A stretch of DNA of 64,000 nucleotides, from contig CAXHJY010000237.1 in the NCBI GenBank assembly GCA_964016885.1, positions 1-64,000 on the forward strand, in the 5' to 3' direction. Shown piece by piece: positions 1 through 19,305 of this stretch; positions within the stretch are counted from its first letter, which is position 1, and each line of letters begins with the position of its first letter. Under the pieces are notes generated by a model. The model saw only the letters and a list, made by a program, of their open reading frames with translations. It did not search any database and was not told the DNA's origin. A program made the translations under genes and the position numbers. Source of the DNA: Eledone cirrhosa. Taxonomy: Eukaryota.

Positions 1-5602
<5,602 letters not shown>

Positions 5603-5755
5603 ACTATTCTACCTGTCCCGGCCAAGGCCATGTTCTTGTTGCTACACTTTCTATCTCCACCCTGTACCAACTGGCTGTTGCCCTAGTACCCACCTGTGTG
5701 CTCATCCAAGATGTTTCCTGAAAACTTCCACGTCCACACCATCCATATATACTAG
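5603..5755 (-). mobile_element. Probable 3'-terminal fragment of a CR1/Jockey-like LINE
   Basis: The minus strand reads [14 protein letters not shown], resembling the C-terminal 'GVDVDVFKxKLD' segment of CR1-type ORF2. It is followed by a GC-richer UTR ending GCATGGCCTTGGCC-like and running into the TA/TAAA array. Recognised from memory only. Confidence 0.45.
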
Positions 5756-5809
5756 TGTAACAGTTTCAAATACAGACTAGTTACAAATACAGATTTATAG
5801 ATATTAAAG

Positions 5810-5879
<70 letters not shown>

Positions 5880-7020
5880 TAAATTTACCACTGAATGGTA
5901 GGGTCTAAACCGTATAATGTAATCCGTATGTAGATTTCGTGAAGCAAATTTTAAAATACAAACATTTTATCAACGATATAATTCAATTGGATACAGAGTC
6001 AAAATAAAAATATTAATTAATGTTTTACATAGATCAATAATTGAATGAACATACAGGGAACTACCCCCCATAAACGATCGTTAAAATAATGAGTTTTACT
6101 ATGAATTAACAGTTTTGTGTTTAATTTCATTGTTTTAATATATATATATATATGAAAAAATGTGATACTTCGATAAACTACTTTTTTTTTTATACTGGAA
6201 ACATAACTGGCTGAACTTAAAATAACATTCTTTGATTGCTTGTAATAAACAAATTTCGTTTTCCTTTTATTTGAAAGTATCAGATATCGTATTTCAAACA
6301 CGATGTAACTTTTGTGTTAACATATATTTCTGTATTCTTTGATATCGTTCAAATTCTATTTCACAGATCTTAATTCAGATTTTTCTTTTGTTGTAAGTAA
6401 ACAATAAAATAAAAGAAACAACAGGAACATGCATGAGAAATACGATGCGGAAAACATACGAATTTATTAGTTCGTTAAATTCATTTAATAAGAAATCAAT
6501 TAAATTGAAAGAAAACAGTATATTTCTTTCTGTTACAGAAATCGAATTTGATTATACAGTTTCTCTTATATTAGACAGTTTATATTTCTAGATATCGCTT
6601 GTAATACTTGCTGATTAAAGTACTGTTCAGTTTATACACAATACTGTTTATTTTAATTTAGTTACACAATGACGCAGCGTTTTTCTATTACTGACAAACG
6701 AGTTAATGGAAAATGTAATTCGCAAAGTTAGCGATGTAGATATCTCCATTCAGTTTTACTGAAGTTAACTACTACTTCTCCCTCTTCAGTTTAGAGTCAC
6801 TGCTAATTCTTTTATTTGATTTTCTCCATAAAGAAGGATGGGAATTTCCTGTCTGCTATTCGACCCTCCAGAAACAGTCAAATCTACAAAAGAAAAAAAA
6901 AAAGCAAAGCATACGTTTTTAAGTAATCCCAAGAAACATGATAAGGTTGTTCCAGATAAAGAAAATAATGTATAGTTTCGTTAAGTAGTTCATTTCATAA
7001 ATGAGCTATATAGAGATATA

Positions 7021-7119
7021 CAAGGTGTCCCCCCAAACTGTATAATACTTCAACAGCATTCTAATAACTATTGCCTGTACAGGTAATCAAAGTGTGTATA
7101 TATTTTGGGGAAAACCCTG
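7021..7119. mobile_element. Tc1/mariner-type MITE
   Basis: Imperfect TIRs CAAGGTGTCCCCCCAAA / TTTTGGGGAAAACCCTG with TA on both sides. A related copy in opposite orientation lies at 57665-57742. Confidence 0.7.
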
Positions 7120-8147
7120 TATATACGAGAGGTATCAAAGAAATCATACTATATTTAAAAAAAAAAGGATACAGCAGGTCGTATCTTTAAAATAGTTTAT
7201 TTGAAAGTGTGATGGGATATTTATGACTGGAGTTATGTTGATTAACGATCTGATCAAGCATATTTGACATAAGGCAAAACAACATTCTCTACTTGGGCGA
7301 CAACAACTATTTACTTAAGACTTTCTTTTCCAGGAACTAAGTATTTATTTATAAACACAAAATTAATTAATACAATTCTTAAACATTTGAAATATTGTCA
7401 GTCAGTTGGACTTTAAGGAAACCATATAAGCCTGAAAGCAATTAAAAATATGTAATTCAATTATTTTTAGATTATTTCCTGTGTATTTATGTATCCAATA
7501 TCTTTTAGTTTTAATTTCATTTTACTTTTAAATTTAATTACCTAAACATAATGAAATGGGCTTGTAAATAGAGAATAAATCAAAACCTAACATTTTACAA
7601 AGTTTATATACTTTTTTTTTTTAAATTAAGGTCAGTAATTTTACGGCTCAATTAGTTGTAATAGTTTTCTTCTTAAAATCATTTTTTCTAGTAACATATT
7701 CTTTTAATATTTGTGTTGGAAACATTAACGTAATTTTAGCGGTATCGAATACGAATTTACGAAAGCCTACATCAAAGAATTCTCTCGAATATCCTTTGTA
7801 TAATATATTATTGGATTTAAAATATTGATTAATAATTCACGGACAACTGATCAATACTTCTGTTAGTTTGACTAAACATTTAACTAAAACAAATCTTGCT
7901 TCTGATCAAATGATAAAAGATTTTTAAAAAGCGATTTTGAAATTGATAGTTTAAAGCCCATTAAATAATTTTACAATCTTCTGGCTACTCCCTATCAACA
8001 ATTTTAAGTTAATCATTTAACGCAATGCAGGTAGCAGCGTAGCCAGGAGGTTGGTCTTTCAATTATCTGGATCTGGGATCGTCACACTGTGCAACACTTT
8101 ACCTTGGGGTAGAATTTGGAGTGGCCGACATTGTGTGGAATTCCACG

Positions 8148-8180
<33 letters not shown>

Positions 8181-8199
8181 GAGAGAAAGAGGGAAGAAT

Positions 8200-8315
8200 A
8201 GTAATTTCCAGTACTTATTATTTATCGACCCTGGAATAATGAAAGGTAACGGGATCTGATCTCAGAGCGTAGACAGCCATAACTTTTTCAGCGATATTCT
8301 TTATCCGACGCTGAA
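8200..8315 (-). mobile_element. Degenerate SINE (family 1)
   Basis: TACTTATTATTTATCGACCCTGG...ATGAAAGG core shared with the intact copies at 34085 and 50644. Confidence 0.6.
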
Positions 8316-9696
8316 CTCTCACAGCAAATTTTATTTTCGCAAAATTTAATTTAGTATGGAACATATGAATGCCGCATATGGTTAAGAACTTGTACCGCTG
8401 CTTCTATTATGACCGGTTCTACAAGTTATTTGTTAGATTGATTGAAATGTATTGAATGTAATGTTAATTGTTCTTGCAGCACAAGTTTTCGCCCACAAAA
8501 TACAAGAACACTCTATAAATAGAAACATTAATTAGTAGCTTTTCATCCTAGTAGAAGCGGTTGTATTTGCTGAAGAAAATATAGAAACACAACACATTTT
8601 AAATGTTTCTGCTCCAAAGAAAATTACTATCAGTTAAAACACTTTCCTTTTATTCAACTTAGATGGCTTTCGATTGTAAAACTTAGTCAAGTGAACTTTT
8701 GAACATCACAGTGAAATTTAACTATTTAAAATATAATTCTCAAAAAGTTTTTTTGAAGGATATACAACGTTATCTCATATCTAGTCGATATTTCAAGTCC
8801 GTGCACAATCTTAATTTGAATCTTTAAGTAACATGTCATCACTATTCAAAGCCGAGATTCGATTGTAGTTTTGAATTAAAAGTTAATATTATGGAATGAA
8901 AAGCTCAAACAGCAAAATCATTTCATGATTTGAGTAAAATAAAATGAATCAAAATCTGTTTAATGTATTGACCATTTGACAAGACGCATAATTCAACTTT
9001 TGGATTCTTTTTTAAAAAATAAAACCAAGAGATATTTCAGCGATATCAAACAAGAAAATACAATTCAGAAAGTTATGGAATTACAATTTCTTTAATAATT
9101 ATTGTGACTATTTCTAAAGCTGATAGAAGATCAAAATCTGATTTCTTTATTCTTAGATGAAACACAAACCGTTATACTAAAATTGGTTTCAATCCCATTG
9201 AGCGATTTCTACCCTAGCTTTGGGTCAAACAAATCTTTCTGAGTGAATATGTGTGGAAATCCGTCAGAGGAGTAGTTCCTGTTCTTCATTTTTCGCATCA
9301 CTTGATTTATCAGCATCGCGTGGCCCTGGTTAATGTTAGCATATTTTATTCTGTTACAAAAAACAAGTCATGCCTCCTTCAATCCGTAGATAACCTTCGT
9401 TCTTTCTCACACCACCAGCTCTACATAATTCTCACACCACTACGAGACGAATTTGAATATTGACCTTATTTGTGTAGGCTAAGAAGATATTCTGACAATT
9501 AATGATGTTTCTGATACCTGGATCAATGAACACATATTTACAGGTAGGAGAACTGGAGTTGTTTGAGAGATTTTCTAACCACAGACGCAATTATATTTTC
9601 CTACAATTCTGTATCAATATACAGCTACATGGGTTGGACGTTTTCTCAGTGCTTTTGGCCACTGTCACAAATTCGGTCTATTGTCGATACTCATTT

Positions 9697-9827
9697 TCAG
9701 CTGAGTATACTGGAGCAACGTGAAATGAAGTGTTTTGTTCAACAACACAACACATTACCCAGTCCAGGAATCTAACCCACAACATTATGATAGTAAGTCC
9801 AACACCCTCACCACTAGGACACGCGTT
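9697..9827 (-). mobile_element. tRNA-headed CORE-like SINE 5' portion (family 2)
   Basis: CAGCTGAGTATACTGGAGCAACGTGAAATGAAGTG... homologous to 58800-58931. Confidence 0.7.
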
Positions 9828-11049
9828 TCAAATTTTAGACAGAGAAAAATAGTCTAAAACCCTGCATTGAAGCAACTTACATTATGCTAACATATTTTCA
9901 AAATAATAATTAAATTCGAAAATGGTGAAGTATGATGATTCAGTAGGTTGAAATGGGAGAACTAAATAGCTGCGGTAATGTCCTTACAGAAACCAGGACA
10001 GTTATTAGAAAATCACACTCAGTTGATGAAAGAAAACTTCCAAGATTTTATCCTCAATCTGGTTCAGCAATATTGAATTAGGGTGTAAGGGGCTGAGTGT
10101 CCACAGACGTAAGTTTATCGTAATCCTCAGTTAGAACAAGACTCAGAGTGACAAAACAGAATCTTTGCATTTCACGTAATAGTTATTTGATGGGTTTCTT
10201 TACAACCTCCTCCTTCCTACTCACAATACTTAGGTCAACCATTGGTAATGATAAGAGCTAATGTCTTCTAGATGCCATACAATAGGAGCGAGCCTGGGAC
10301 ACCGTCACTACAAAACGAGCGTCTCGACAAATTAGCCCTAATATATCCATTGACCTTTAAACTATTAGTGATCTATTCTGTTGAATTGGCTGATCACATC
10401 TCTAAAGAACTTTGTACAAGAATCTAGAAATAAAATGTTAGACGTCTAGAATATATATATATATATATATATTTGTATTTTATTGTTGTTGTTTTGTTTT
10501 GAATATCGAATAAATGAAATAGGATATTAAGTAAAAATAAAACACAGCAAAAGCAGTTAGATCTGTAATGGGATGATACAAAAATAGAGCAAGAATATAA
10601 AAAATGTAATAAAGGAAAGACTAAACAAAAGAAAACGTCGTAAAATATTGTGAAAAACGAAATGAAACTGCAATATAAAAAGAGCGGAAAACGAAATAAA
10701 GAGCTAACAATGTGAAAATAGCTAAAAACCTAAATTAAGATGTAATAGAATAATGCTGAAAATGAAAAACGAAACAATGAAAAATAACAACAAAAGAAAA
10801 ATAATAAATTAATGAAAAAGGAAAAAAAAATCTAACATGATAAACGAATATTCTGAAAGTGCCATAGATAATAGGAGAAAAAAAATAGAAATGATATAAA
10901 AATAGATGGAAAATGAAATGGAATAATATAAAATTAGCGAAAAATGAAAACGAAAAACAGAACCCCCCCCCCCCCCCCCATTCAAGAATATCAAAAAAGT
11001 ATGTAAAGGAAATATATATTTTGAAAAGTTGATATAGTTATGAAACTGC

Positions 11050-11960
11050 ACATTATTTTATAATAGCTCTATTGAACAATGGGCTGAGCTATATACAGTA
11101 TGTCTGCTCAGACAAAATGCACATGCTGTAGAGGTTTGGGAAATAATGTTCTACTGATTTCTATATCTGCACTCTGTCATGTATATGCTGGTGTGTAGGT
11201 TTTTTTCTTGTTCGAACACCCCTATTTCTTTTCCTAGTATAAGTACTTTTTTTCTTGCTACTCAGTGATAACTTCTGTTAGAGGGGCTTCTTATATATAT
11301 AACAATTATAATTTAGCTCTTTGCATGAAAGTCAATATTATTAAAAACTAACCTCAAACTGTATTAGAAGCACCTTTATATGACAATGTCAAACCATATT
11401 ATTTACAGTATTACTGTTTTTCAATTAAATGTATCTTTTTCTCAATATCCTTCAATTAGAAAGTCTGTCTAATAATATTCTTTTATTCTTCCTTATTTTT
11501 TGTGAGTGAGTGAGTAGCTGATTTTCTCTTGGAGAGTTGGCATGATGGCAGCGCAGGTGGTTACTGTGTAGCGGGATGCCATTTTTTAATGACAGGAAAC
11601 TTTACATATTTAATAAAAACAGACTCTATTGTTTTACTCTGGTATAGGTTAACTGTTTAGTTATCTTTGGAACACCCACAATATTTGATGTTTAGTTATC
11701 TTTGGAACACCCACAATATTTGATGTTTCTTGGATGCTAATTAGGATATCATTGATTGAAAGATCACTTTCTGACAAACACTGGAGAAATAATTTTCATC
11801 TTTCTTGTTTTTGATTTTTTTTGTCTTTGTTTCTTTAAATATCTTTGCATCTGGTTAGGAATGGACGATATTGTTCATTTTCTGGGAGAAATCTCAACCT
11901 TGGAATCTGGAATATAAGACAAGTAAAGATTACAATATTTATTTTCCTTCTGAAGCAAGT
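11050..11960 (-). mobile_element. Possible highly decayed Penelope-like element (GIY-YIG region)
   Basis: The minus strand near 11170-11240 reads YTRKRNRGVRTR..(L)HQHIHD, loosely like the PLE endonuclease 'YIGET..LRTR..LHRQHI.D'. Many stops and frameshifts. Confidence 0.35.
11654..11728 (+). repeat. Perfect 35-bp tandem duplication
   Basis: TGTTTAGTTATCTTTGGAACACCCACAATATTTGA occurs twice head-to-tail. Confidence 0.9.
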
Positions 11961-12811
11961 GTTCTACCGAATGTTTGGTGGTGTTTCAAAATGGTCTTTT
12001 GTAATGTTAAGGTTGTTCTTTGTTATTATTATTGATGTTCATATTTAGTTTTAATCCTTTTGAAAGCTGACATTGTTATTTAACTTATAGTTGTTGTTGT
12101 TGTTGTTTTCTGTTGCAGGGGGTACTGGGGGTCGGGTGATATCGACGGAGTATTGATGATGTTGTTTTCTGTTGCGGGGGTACTGGGGGAGTATTGTAGT
12201 TGTTCATATTGCTGGTTTTATTTGTTCCATTGGACATGTTCATAACATTTCGACTGCTTTGTTGTTTATCTTGTCAAACATTTTATCCTCTTGAACCATC
12301 CATTATACTATTTCTGTCTTGTTTTTGTTATTATTTGTACCTTTTCTGTTGGTGGTTTTGTTATACTAGTTGTATATGATGCTGCTAGTCTCCTGCTTCA
12401 GTCTCCTATTGTATTATAACATTAACAACATTAATGTTAACAACTACACATTTGTTATTAGGTTAATACCAAATCTTCGAATGAGGAAACGTTTTGCTTT
12501 GTAAAGCAAGGTTTTAACACAAGACAGACGATATGTTTAGCATTACTTCTGTTACATTTGTCTTCACTGCTATTGACTGCTACACCTTCTTCAAATGTCA
12601 AGTATGTTGACAATATTAATCAAATATTTGCCCACTCACTACAGAGGAGGGTAAAAAAATATTACAAGTCATCTCTAAGGGAGAAAATTGAAAGTTTTTT
12701 TTAGGTGAACATCAAAAATAGTAGCAATGATAGAAAAATTCAATTCTCATTTGAAAATTACAAAGATGTGTGAGAATTTACAGAACATTGATGTTTACAA
12801 TAACCACATGT

Positions 12812-12880
12812 TATGGTACTGTACTTTATTGACACCATAAGGATGAAAGGCAAAGTTAACACTGGCAGTATTTGAACTCA
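12812..12880 (-). mobile_element. SINE family 1 fragment
   Basis: GTACTTTATTGACACCATAAGGATGAAAGGCAAAGTTAAC...TTTGAACTCA. Confidence 0.7.
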
Positions 12881-12929
12881 TATATACATTCATATACACA
12901 TACATGTATACAAACTTATAAAATGTGCA

Positions 12930-13088
12930 TCCGCTTCACAGTTCCCATGTCCCAAATTGCTCTCATATGGCATTGGTTGACCTGAGACTATAGCAGAAGA
13001 TACATCCCAATATGTTACATGGTGGAACTGAACTAGAAACCAGGTGGTTCACAAGTGAGCACTTTATCCATACAGTCATGTCTGCACC
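12930..13088 (-). mobile_element. Decayed tRNA/CORE-type SINE (family 3)
   Basis: GGCATTGGTTGACCTGAGACTATAGCAGAAGATAC...GGAACTGAACTAGAAACC resembles a common octopod SINE. A weaker relative lies near 10220-10340. Confidence 0.55.
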
Positions 13089-13279
13089 CATAGAAATAGC
13101 TAGAAAATTTGCTAATTAAAATTTCATAATTCATTATAAACTTAATTAATAGTTATTGTTTCCATATTCAATTGCTATTCAAGATGGAGAAACTCAAGGT
13201 GTTCTGAGAGGAACATGGTGGGGAAGCAACTCTTGTTGTTGGGTTTGTAGTTGTATTTGTTGTTATGGTTGTTGTTTTG

Positions 13280-14405
13280 GGGTTTGTGGTGGTGATGGAG
13301 TTGGTGTGTTGGTGATGGTGTGGTGGTAATGGTGATGGTGTGGTGGTAATGGAGTTGGTGTGGTGGTGATGGAGTTGGTGTGGTGGTGATGGAGTTGGTG
13401 TGGTGGTGGTGATGGTGTGGTGGTGATGGAGTTAGTGTGGTGGTGATGGAGTTGGTGTGGTGGTGTTGGTGATGGTGTGATGGTGAAGGAGTTGGTGTGG
13501 TGATGTTGGAGTTGGTGTGGTGGTGATGGAGTTGGTGTGGTGGTGTTGGTGTGGTGGTGGTGGAGTTGGTGTGGTGGTGTTGGTGTGGTGGTGGTGGAGT
13601 TGGTGTGGTGGTGATGATGAGGGTGTGGTGGTGATGGAGTTGGTGTGGTGGTGTGGTGGTGGTGGAGTTCGTGTGGTGGTGTTGGTTATGGTGTGGTGGA
13701 ATTGGTGTGGTGGTGATGGAGTTGGTGTGGTGGTGATGATGGTGTGGTGGAGTTGGTGATGGTGTGGTGGTGATGGTGATGGTGTGGTGGTGGTGTTGGT
13801 GATGGTGTGGTGGAGTTGGTGTGGTGGAGTTGGTGTGGTGGTGTTGGTGTTGATGGTGTGGTGGAGTTGGTGTGGTGGTGATGGAGTTGGTGTGGTGGTG
13901 ATGGAGATGGTGTGGTGGTGTTGGTGTGGTGGTGGTGTGGTGTAGTTGGTGTGGTGGTGTTGGTGTGGTGGTGATGGAGTTGGTGTGGTGGTGTTGGTGA
14001 TGGTGGTGATGGAGATGGTGTGGTGGAGTTGGTGTGATGGTGATGTTGTGGTGGAGTTGGTGTAGTGGTGATGGTGTGGTGGTGGTGGTGATGGTGTGGT
14101 GGTGATGGAGTTGGTGTGGTGGTGATGGAGATGGTGTGGTGGTGATGGAGATGGTGTGGTGGTGATGGAGATGGTGTGGTGGTGTTGGTGTTGGGGTGGT
14201 GTTGTTGGTGTGGTGGTGTTGGTGATGGTGTGGTGGTGTTGGTGATGGTGGTGATGGAGTTGGTGTGGTGGTGGTGGAGTTGGTGTGGTGGTGGTGGAGT
14301 TGGTGTGGTGGTGGTGGAGTTGGTGTGGTGGTGATGGTGATGGTGGTGATGGAGTTGGTGTGTTGGTGATGGTGTGGTGGTGGTGGTGATGGAGTTGGTG
14401 TTGGT
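13280..14405. repeat. G/T-rich degenerate minisatellite (recurring ~20-bp word GGTGTGGTGGTGATGGAGTT)
   Basis: About 1.1 kb built of GGT/GAT/GGA/GTT/GT modules, almost devoid of C on the plus strand. Confidence 0.92.
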
Positions 14406-14809
14406 GCTGGCAGTAGAGATGATGGAAGATTATGTAACAATGTTATTGCTGTCTTTGTTGTTGTTTGTCATTTGTTTGTTACGGCTGTTGTTGTTGTTGT
14501 TGTTGGTGGTGGTGGTAGGATTGTGAAATATTCTACTTGTTAATAGTTGACAGTGTTGACCGTAGTGTTCATAGTAATGGTGATGGTAGCAGTAGAAATG
14601 GTAAAATAGTGACCTGCAGTGGTTTACTGTTGTCGTCACAATTGTTGCAGTAGTAGTTGTTCTTTAGTCTGTGTTATTAGTGATAGAGCTTATATCAGTA
14701 AAGATTGGCATGGAGGAGTTGGTGTAGGTGATAGTGGAGACAGTTGGATATAGTAATAATTGATTCTACACACACACACATATATATATATATATCACAT
14801 ATATATATA

Positions 14810-15775
14810 ATCAGTAGAGGAGCTAGAGAATAAATTCTGGCTATGGAAACAGCAGTTGGAAGCAAGAGGACTGAGAGTGAACCTAGCTAAGACAAAAGTG
14901 TTGATGAGTAGAAAAGAGGACAAAACCCTGATTCCATCAGGGAAATGGCCATGTTCGATATGCAGAAAAGGAACTGGCATAAATTCTATAAAATGCACAC
15001 AATGCAGATCCTGGGTACACAAGAGATGTAGCGGGATAGCAGGCAAACTAACAGGTAGGGAGAAATATGTATGTAGTAGATGTACAGGGAAATTAGACAG
15101 TAGAAGTCGCATTGATAGACACATTTTTCAGATGCAGGAGGGCGCTATAGAAGTGGTGGATAGCTTCCGGTACCTAGGAAATCAGATTAGCATGGGAGGA
15201 GGGTGTTCCGAGGCCATAGTATCTAGAATAAGGATGGATTGGAAGAAGTTTAGGGAGCTGCTTCCTCTGTTGATGAGGAAGGGTTTCTCCCTGCGTACGA
15301 AAGGCCGGTTGTATGATGCCTGTGTGAGGAGCGCGACGTTGCATGGTTGTGAGACATGGGCAGCAACTGCAGAGGATATGCGACGGCTGGAGAGAAATGA
15401 GGCAAGCATGCTCCGTTGGATGTGCAGTGTAAATGTGCGTGAACGACCCAGCATAAATGTGTTGAGAGAGAAACTGTGTCTGAGAGGGATAGAATGTAGT
15501 GTATGGGAGAGGAGACTGAGGTGGTATGGACATGTGATGCGCATGGAGGATGACCGATGGTGAAGAAGTGCCAGGAAATGCCAGTTGAAGGAAGACGTGG
15601 AAGAGGTAGACCACAAAAAACATGGGCGGAGGTGGTGAGAACAGACCTCAGATCATTGAAGCTCACGGTGGAGATGACGAAGGACCGTGACGAGTGGAGA
15701 GATGCTGTGCTGAATAAGACCCGTCCCACCCTTGCAAGCAGGGAAAAGCGGACGTAAAATGATGATGATGATGAT
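14810..15775 (+). mobile_element. 5'-truncated RTE-clade LINE (family A): RT C-terminal part with PHD finger, one frameshift, (GAT)n tail
   Basis: ORF 14856-15563 GLRVNLAKTKV...FRYLG...RRLRWYGHVMR continues in a shifted frame at 15557-15757 (RGRGRPQKTW...DRDEWR) and ends directly in ATGATGATG. Confidence 0.95.
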
Positions 15776-16077
15776 CCAGGGAGTGTAACTTGGAGTTACT
15801 GTAGGTTCAGCCAGGTGAGCACTCGATGTTTAGGTTCACTTCAGTGTCGAGGTGTAGAGTGTATTATATATATATATGTTCCTGTAACTGGTGTGACCAT
15901 TCACCAATGTACAGATTCAGCACAAAATACTAATACTTCGACAATTATATTTATAAGTCACCTGTATAGGTCCATATATATATATGTTTATATATACATA
16001 TGCTTCTATGTGTACACACAACACAATGTATCTGTGAGCACTAGCACACATGTACTTACGCAAACATGCATAATTGA

Positions 16078-16129
<52 letters not shown>

Positions 16130-16244
16130 GTGCACTTGCACAAGTACGCACATAAGCCCACATGCTAGCATGGAAAATAGATGTAAAACAGTGGAGGTGA
16201 TGATATATGTATATACACACAAATATATATATTATGTTGGTGCC

Positions 16245-16477
16245 CCAAAACATCCAGCCAACACTGTAAAGTGATCATGTAAAAGATATGCTGAAAGGCA
16301 CCAAGCATGCACTGTAAATGTGGTTGATGTTAGGAAGGGCATCCAGCAGTAGAAAACCAGCCAGAAACAGTCCTATATGAGTGAGACACGGTCACCTGAC
16401 CCAATTTGCCTCTACATGGGACAAACCCGTCTAACCAGTGCTAGCGCGGAAGATAGATGTTAAATGATGATGATGAT
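16245..16477 (+). mobile_element. RTE 3'-UTR / SINE 3' fragment
   Basis: CACTGTAAATGTGGTTGATGTTAGGAAGGGCATCCAGC...GCTAGCGCGGAAGATAGATGTTAAATGATGATGAT. Confidence 0.8.
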
Positions 16478-16491
16478 ATATAATATATACA

Positions 16492-16541
<50 letters not shown>

Positions 16542-16682
16542 GTGGTGGTAGAGGTTGTGTGTACGTTTATGGATTAATTAAAATCTTTATTTCTCAGATT
16601 CTATTTTATTAATATTTCTTTAATGAAATCTCAGATTTGTTCATTTGTTGATTTTATATTGTTGAAAATGGCGGATTTAAAA

Positions 16683-16982
16683 TGTTGTTAGTGCTGCTGT
16701 TGTTGTTACAGCTGCTGCTGCTTTTACTACTGCTAGTGATGTTTTTGTTACAACTGTTGTTGTTGCTGTTGCTAGTGTTGTTGTTGTGGCTGATGCTGTT
16801 GTTGTTGTGGCTGATGCTGTTGGTGTTGTTGTTCGTGTGATTGTTGTTGTTGCTGTTGTTATTGTTGATGTTGTTAGTGTTGCTGTTACTGTTGCAGCTG
16901 CTATTGTTGCAGCTATTATTGTTGGTGTTGTTCTTGTTGTCACATGCTGCTGTTGTTGTTCTTGTTGTCACTGTTGTTGTAT
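16683..16982. repeat. Degenerate (TTG/CTG)n trinucleotide tract
   Basis: Direct inspection. It yields the poly-N, poly-T and poly-V ORFs. Confidence 0.85.
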
Positions 16983-17639
16983 CTAATTATTGTATTGTCC
17001 CTTTCCGTTGATATTCTTGTATGTTCATGTTGTTCTTGTTAATGATACTGCTGTATTTTTATGTATATATTTTTGTATATAGTTTTATATTTTAGATTGT
17101 GTTCTTTCATGTTTTCCTCTATTTTTTTAACATATATTTCTTTTTATTATTTTTGCTTGTTTTGTCGGTTTTGTTTGCAAAGTTAATTATGCAATAAATT
17201 TCCATTTGTCTTATTCTACCTTCATTACTACTACCACTACTACAGTCATTACTACTACCACTACTACTGCCACTACTTCCTTCATTATTAGTACCACTAC
17301 TACGGTCATTACTACTACCACTACTATCACTACTTCTCATTCTCTTATTGCTCTTCTTACCATAACTATTAACTTCACTTCTCTAACAGGTATTGCGCTT
17401 TGTCAGACGTTAAGCTGTGATTTGCACAAGATTTTAATCCTCATTGAGGCAGATGGATCAAACATATTTACCCCCACCTTTACCCCATTGACTCCAACAC
17501 ACATCTCTTCCATTCTTCACTCCTTTTTAAGTATGGCCAACCTATTACAACTTTAGAAGGAAGTTGGTCACATATTTTACTACAAAGAAAACATCCATGG
17601 ACCCTTAACTCCTGAGGGTTTTATAAGGGACCACTGTCG

Positions 17640-17892
17640 TCACACTGTATAGTTAATCACAGACTAAGTCTAAACACAGACTGATATTTCCTGAGAGAGA
17701 GTGAGGAAAAGAAAAGGAGAAAACGAAAGAGTGAGATATAGAAGAATTGACACCAGTACTAGACTAGTAATTTATTCATTGACCTAGAAACCATAACATC
17801 TGGCAGGATTTGAACTCAGAGTGGATAGAGCTGGAAATAATATAGCAAACATTCTACCTGACATTCTTGTGACACCACCAATTCACCACCCT
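17640..17892 (-). mobile_element. SINE family 1, long-tail variant
   Basis: CCAGTACTAGACT...GGATTTGAACTCAGAG head plus a purine-rich extension shared with the copies at 36270 and 53655. Confidence 0.6.
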
Positions 17893-19043
17893 GTATTGGA
17901 TACATAAGCATACAGAATATAACCCCAACAATATTTTGTTACAAAAACTGAACAAATATGACAGAAAAAACAAATTTGAACATACACACCTCCCACCAGA
18001 CCAAGATGTTTGCATCTCCCTTCAATCAGATACAAAGACAACAGTGATAATAACTGGAAGCTGGTATATCTCAGAGTTCGACAAAATCTTCAACAGGGAT
18101 ATATAAACAGGGAAAGTATTGCCTGAAGGAAAGTTCGTTATAGCTCACATCTTCAGTTATGAATATAAAACTAGAAATCGCCTGAAACGAAAAACAAAAA
18201 ATAAAATAAAATAAAATTATAAACATTATAAAAATTAACAGATTCTCATTCCAAGTAGCCAGTCACATATAAGTCAATCTCTTCTTCGAACAAACAACAT
18301 TTCTTGAAAGAATAATTCTCGAGGTTATTTTAACAGCATTTCCAACAATATACTTAAGGATAAAATACTTAATATATTAAGAAGCAATAAACAACTTTGC
18401 TTTGCAATTCTTCTTCTTCATATCGTCAAGTCTGAGATCTGTAATTGGGATTCGAGGCATAACTATATTTTGTCTCTCTGATGAAGAGGTTTACTGCTCT
18501 CATTATCTTTCCTCTTCAGTGCATGGTATATAAACCTATTTAAATTTGTGAAATTTACCAAACAAAGACATGTTTACAATCATAAAAGATAACTGAACTG
18601 GTACATCTCTCAAACATCATCAAGGAACACTTCCACATCAAACGTTAAGCAAGAAAACCTTTAATCATTTGTACAGACTTTTGTTTGATTCTGAAGATCT
18701 CATCAACTTTTTTCTTTACGGTATTAATTATAAAATTCATTCTATTTTGTTGCTGCCCCTCACGTTGATTGTTCGTTGACCATTCTCTCTTCATTTATCA
18801 TCACAGTCATTAGCTTTAAGATATTTCACACATTCAAACATCTATACTGCACATTTATCATCGTCTGCCAATGGAAGAGAAGAATACTTATGATTAGTGA
18901 ATTCATTAAAAATATATATATAGTGAAAGAAATACAAAAGCTTAACACAAGCTTAATGAACCGGACAATGGTACATACAAAATTACCTCACTATCACCTC
19001 ACTGATTATTTATGCACATATACATATGTACGGACGTATATAT

Positions 19044-19305
<262 letters not shown>

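Noticed and set aside
9470-9550. Possible small exon (TGTGTAG ... CAG|GTAGGA)
   Set aside because: There are stops in all three frames from the obvious acceptor, no recognisable protein similarity and no partner exons.
13175-14440. 421-aa His/Thr/Pro-rich ORF as a mucin-like or histidine-rich beak protein
   Set aside because: The repeat unit is not a multiple of three, so the peptide cycles through frames. There is no ATG start or signal peptide and no GHG-type motifs.
15174-15729. Antisense ORFs over the LINE (also 30409-31227 and 63281-63766)
   Set aside because: They are shadow frames of RT coding sequence.
16654-17556. Poly-N, poly-T and poly-V ORFs
   Set aside because: They come from degenerate trinucleotide repeats.
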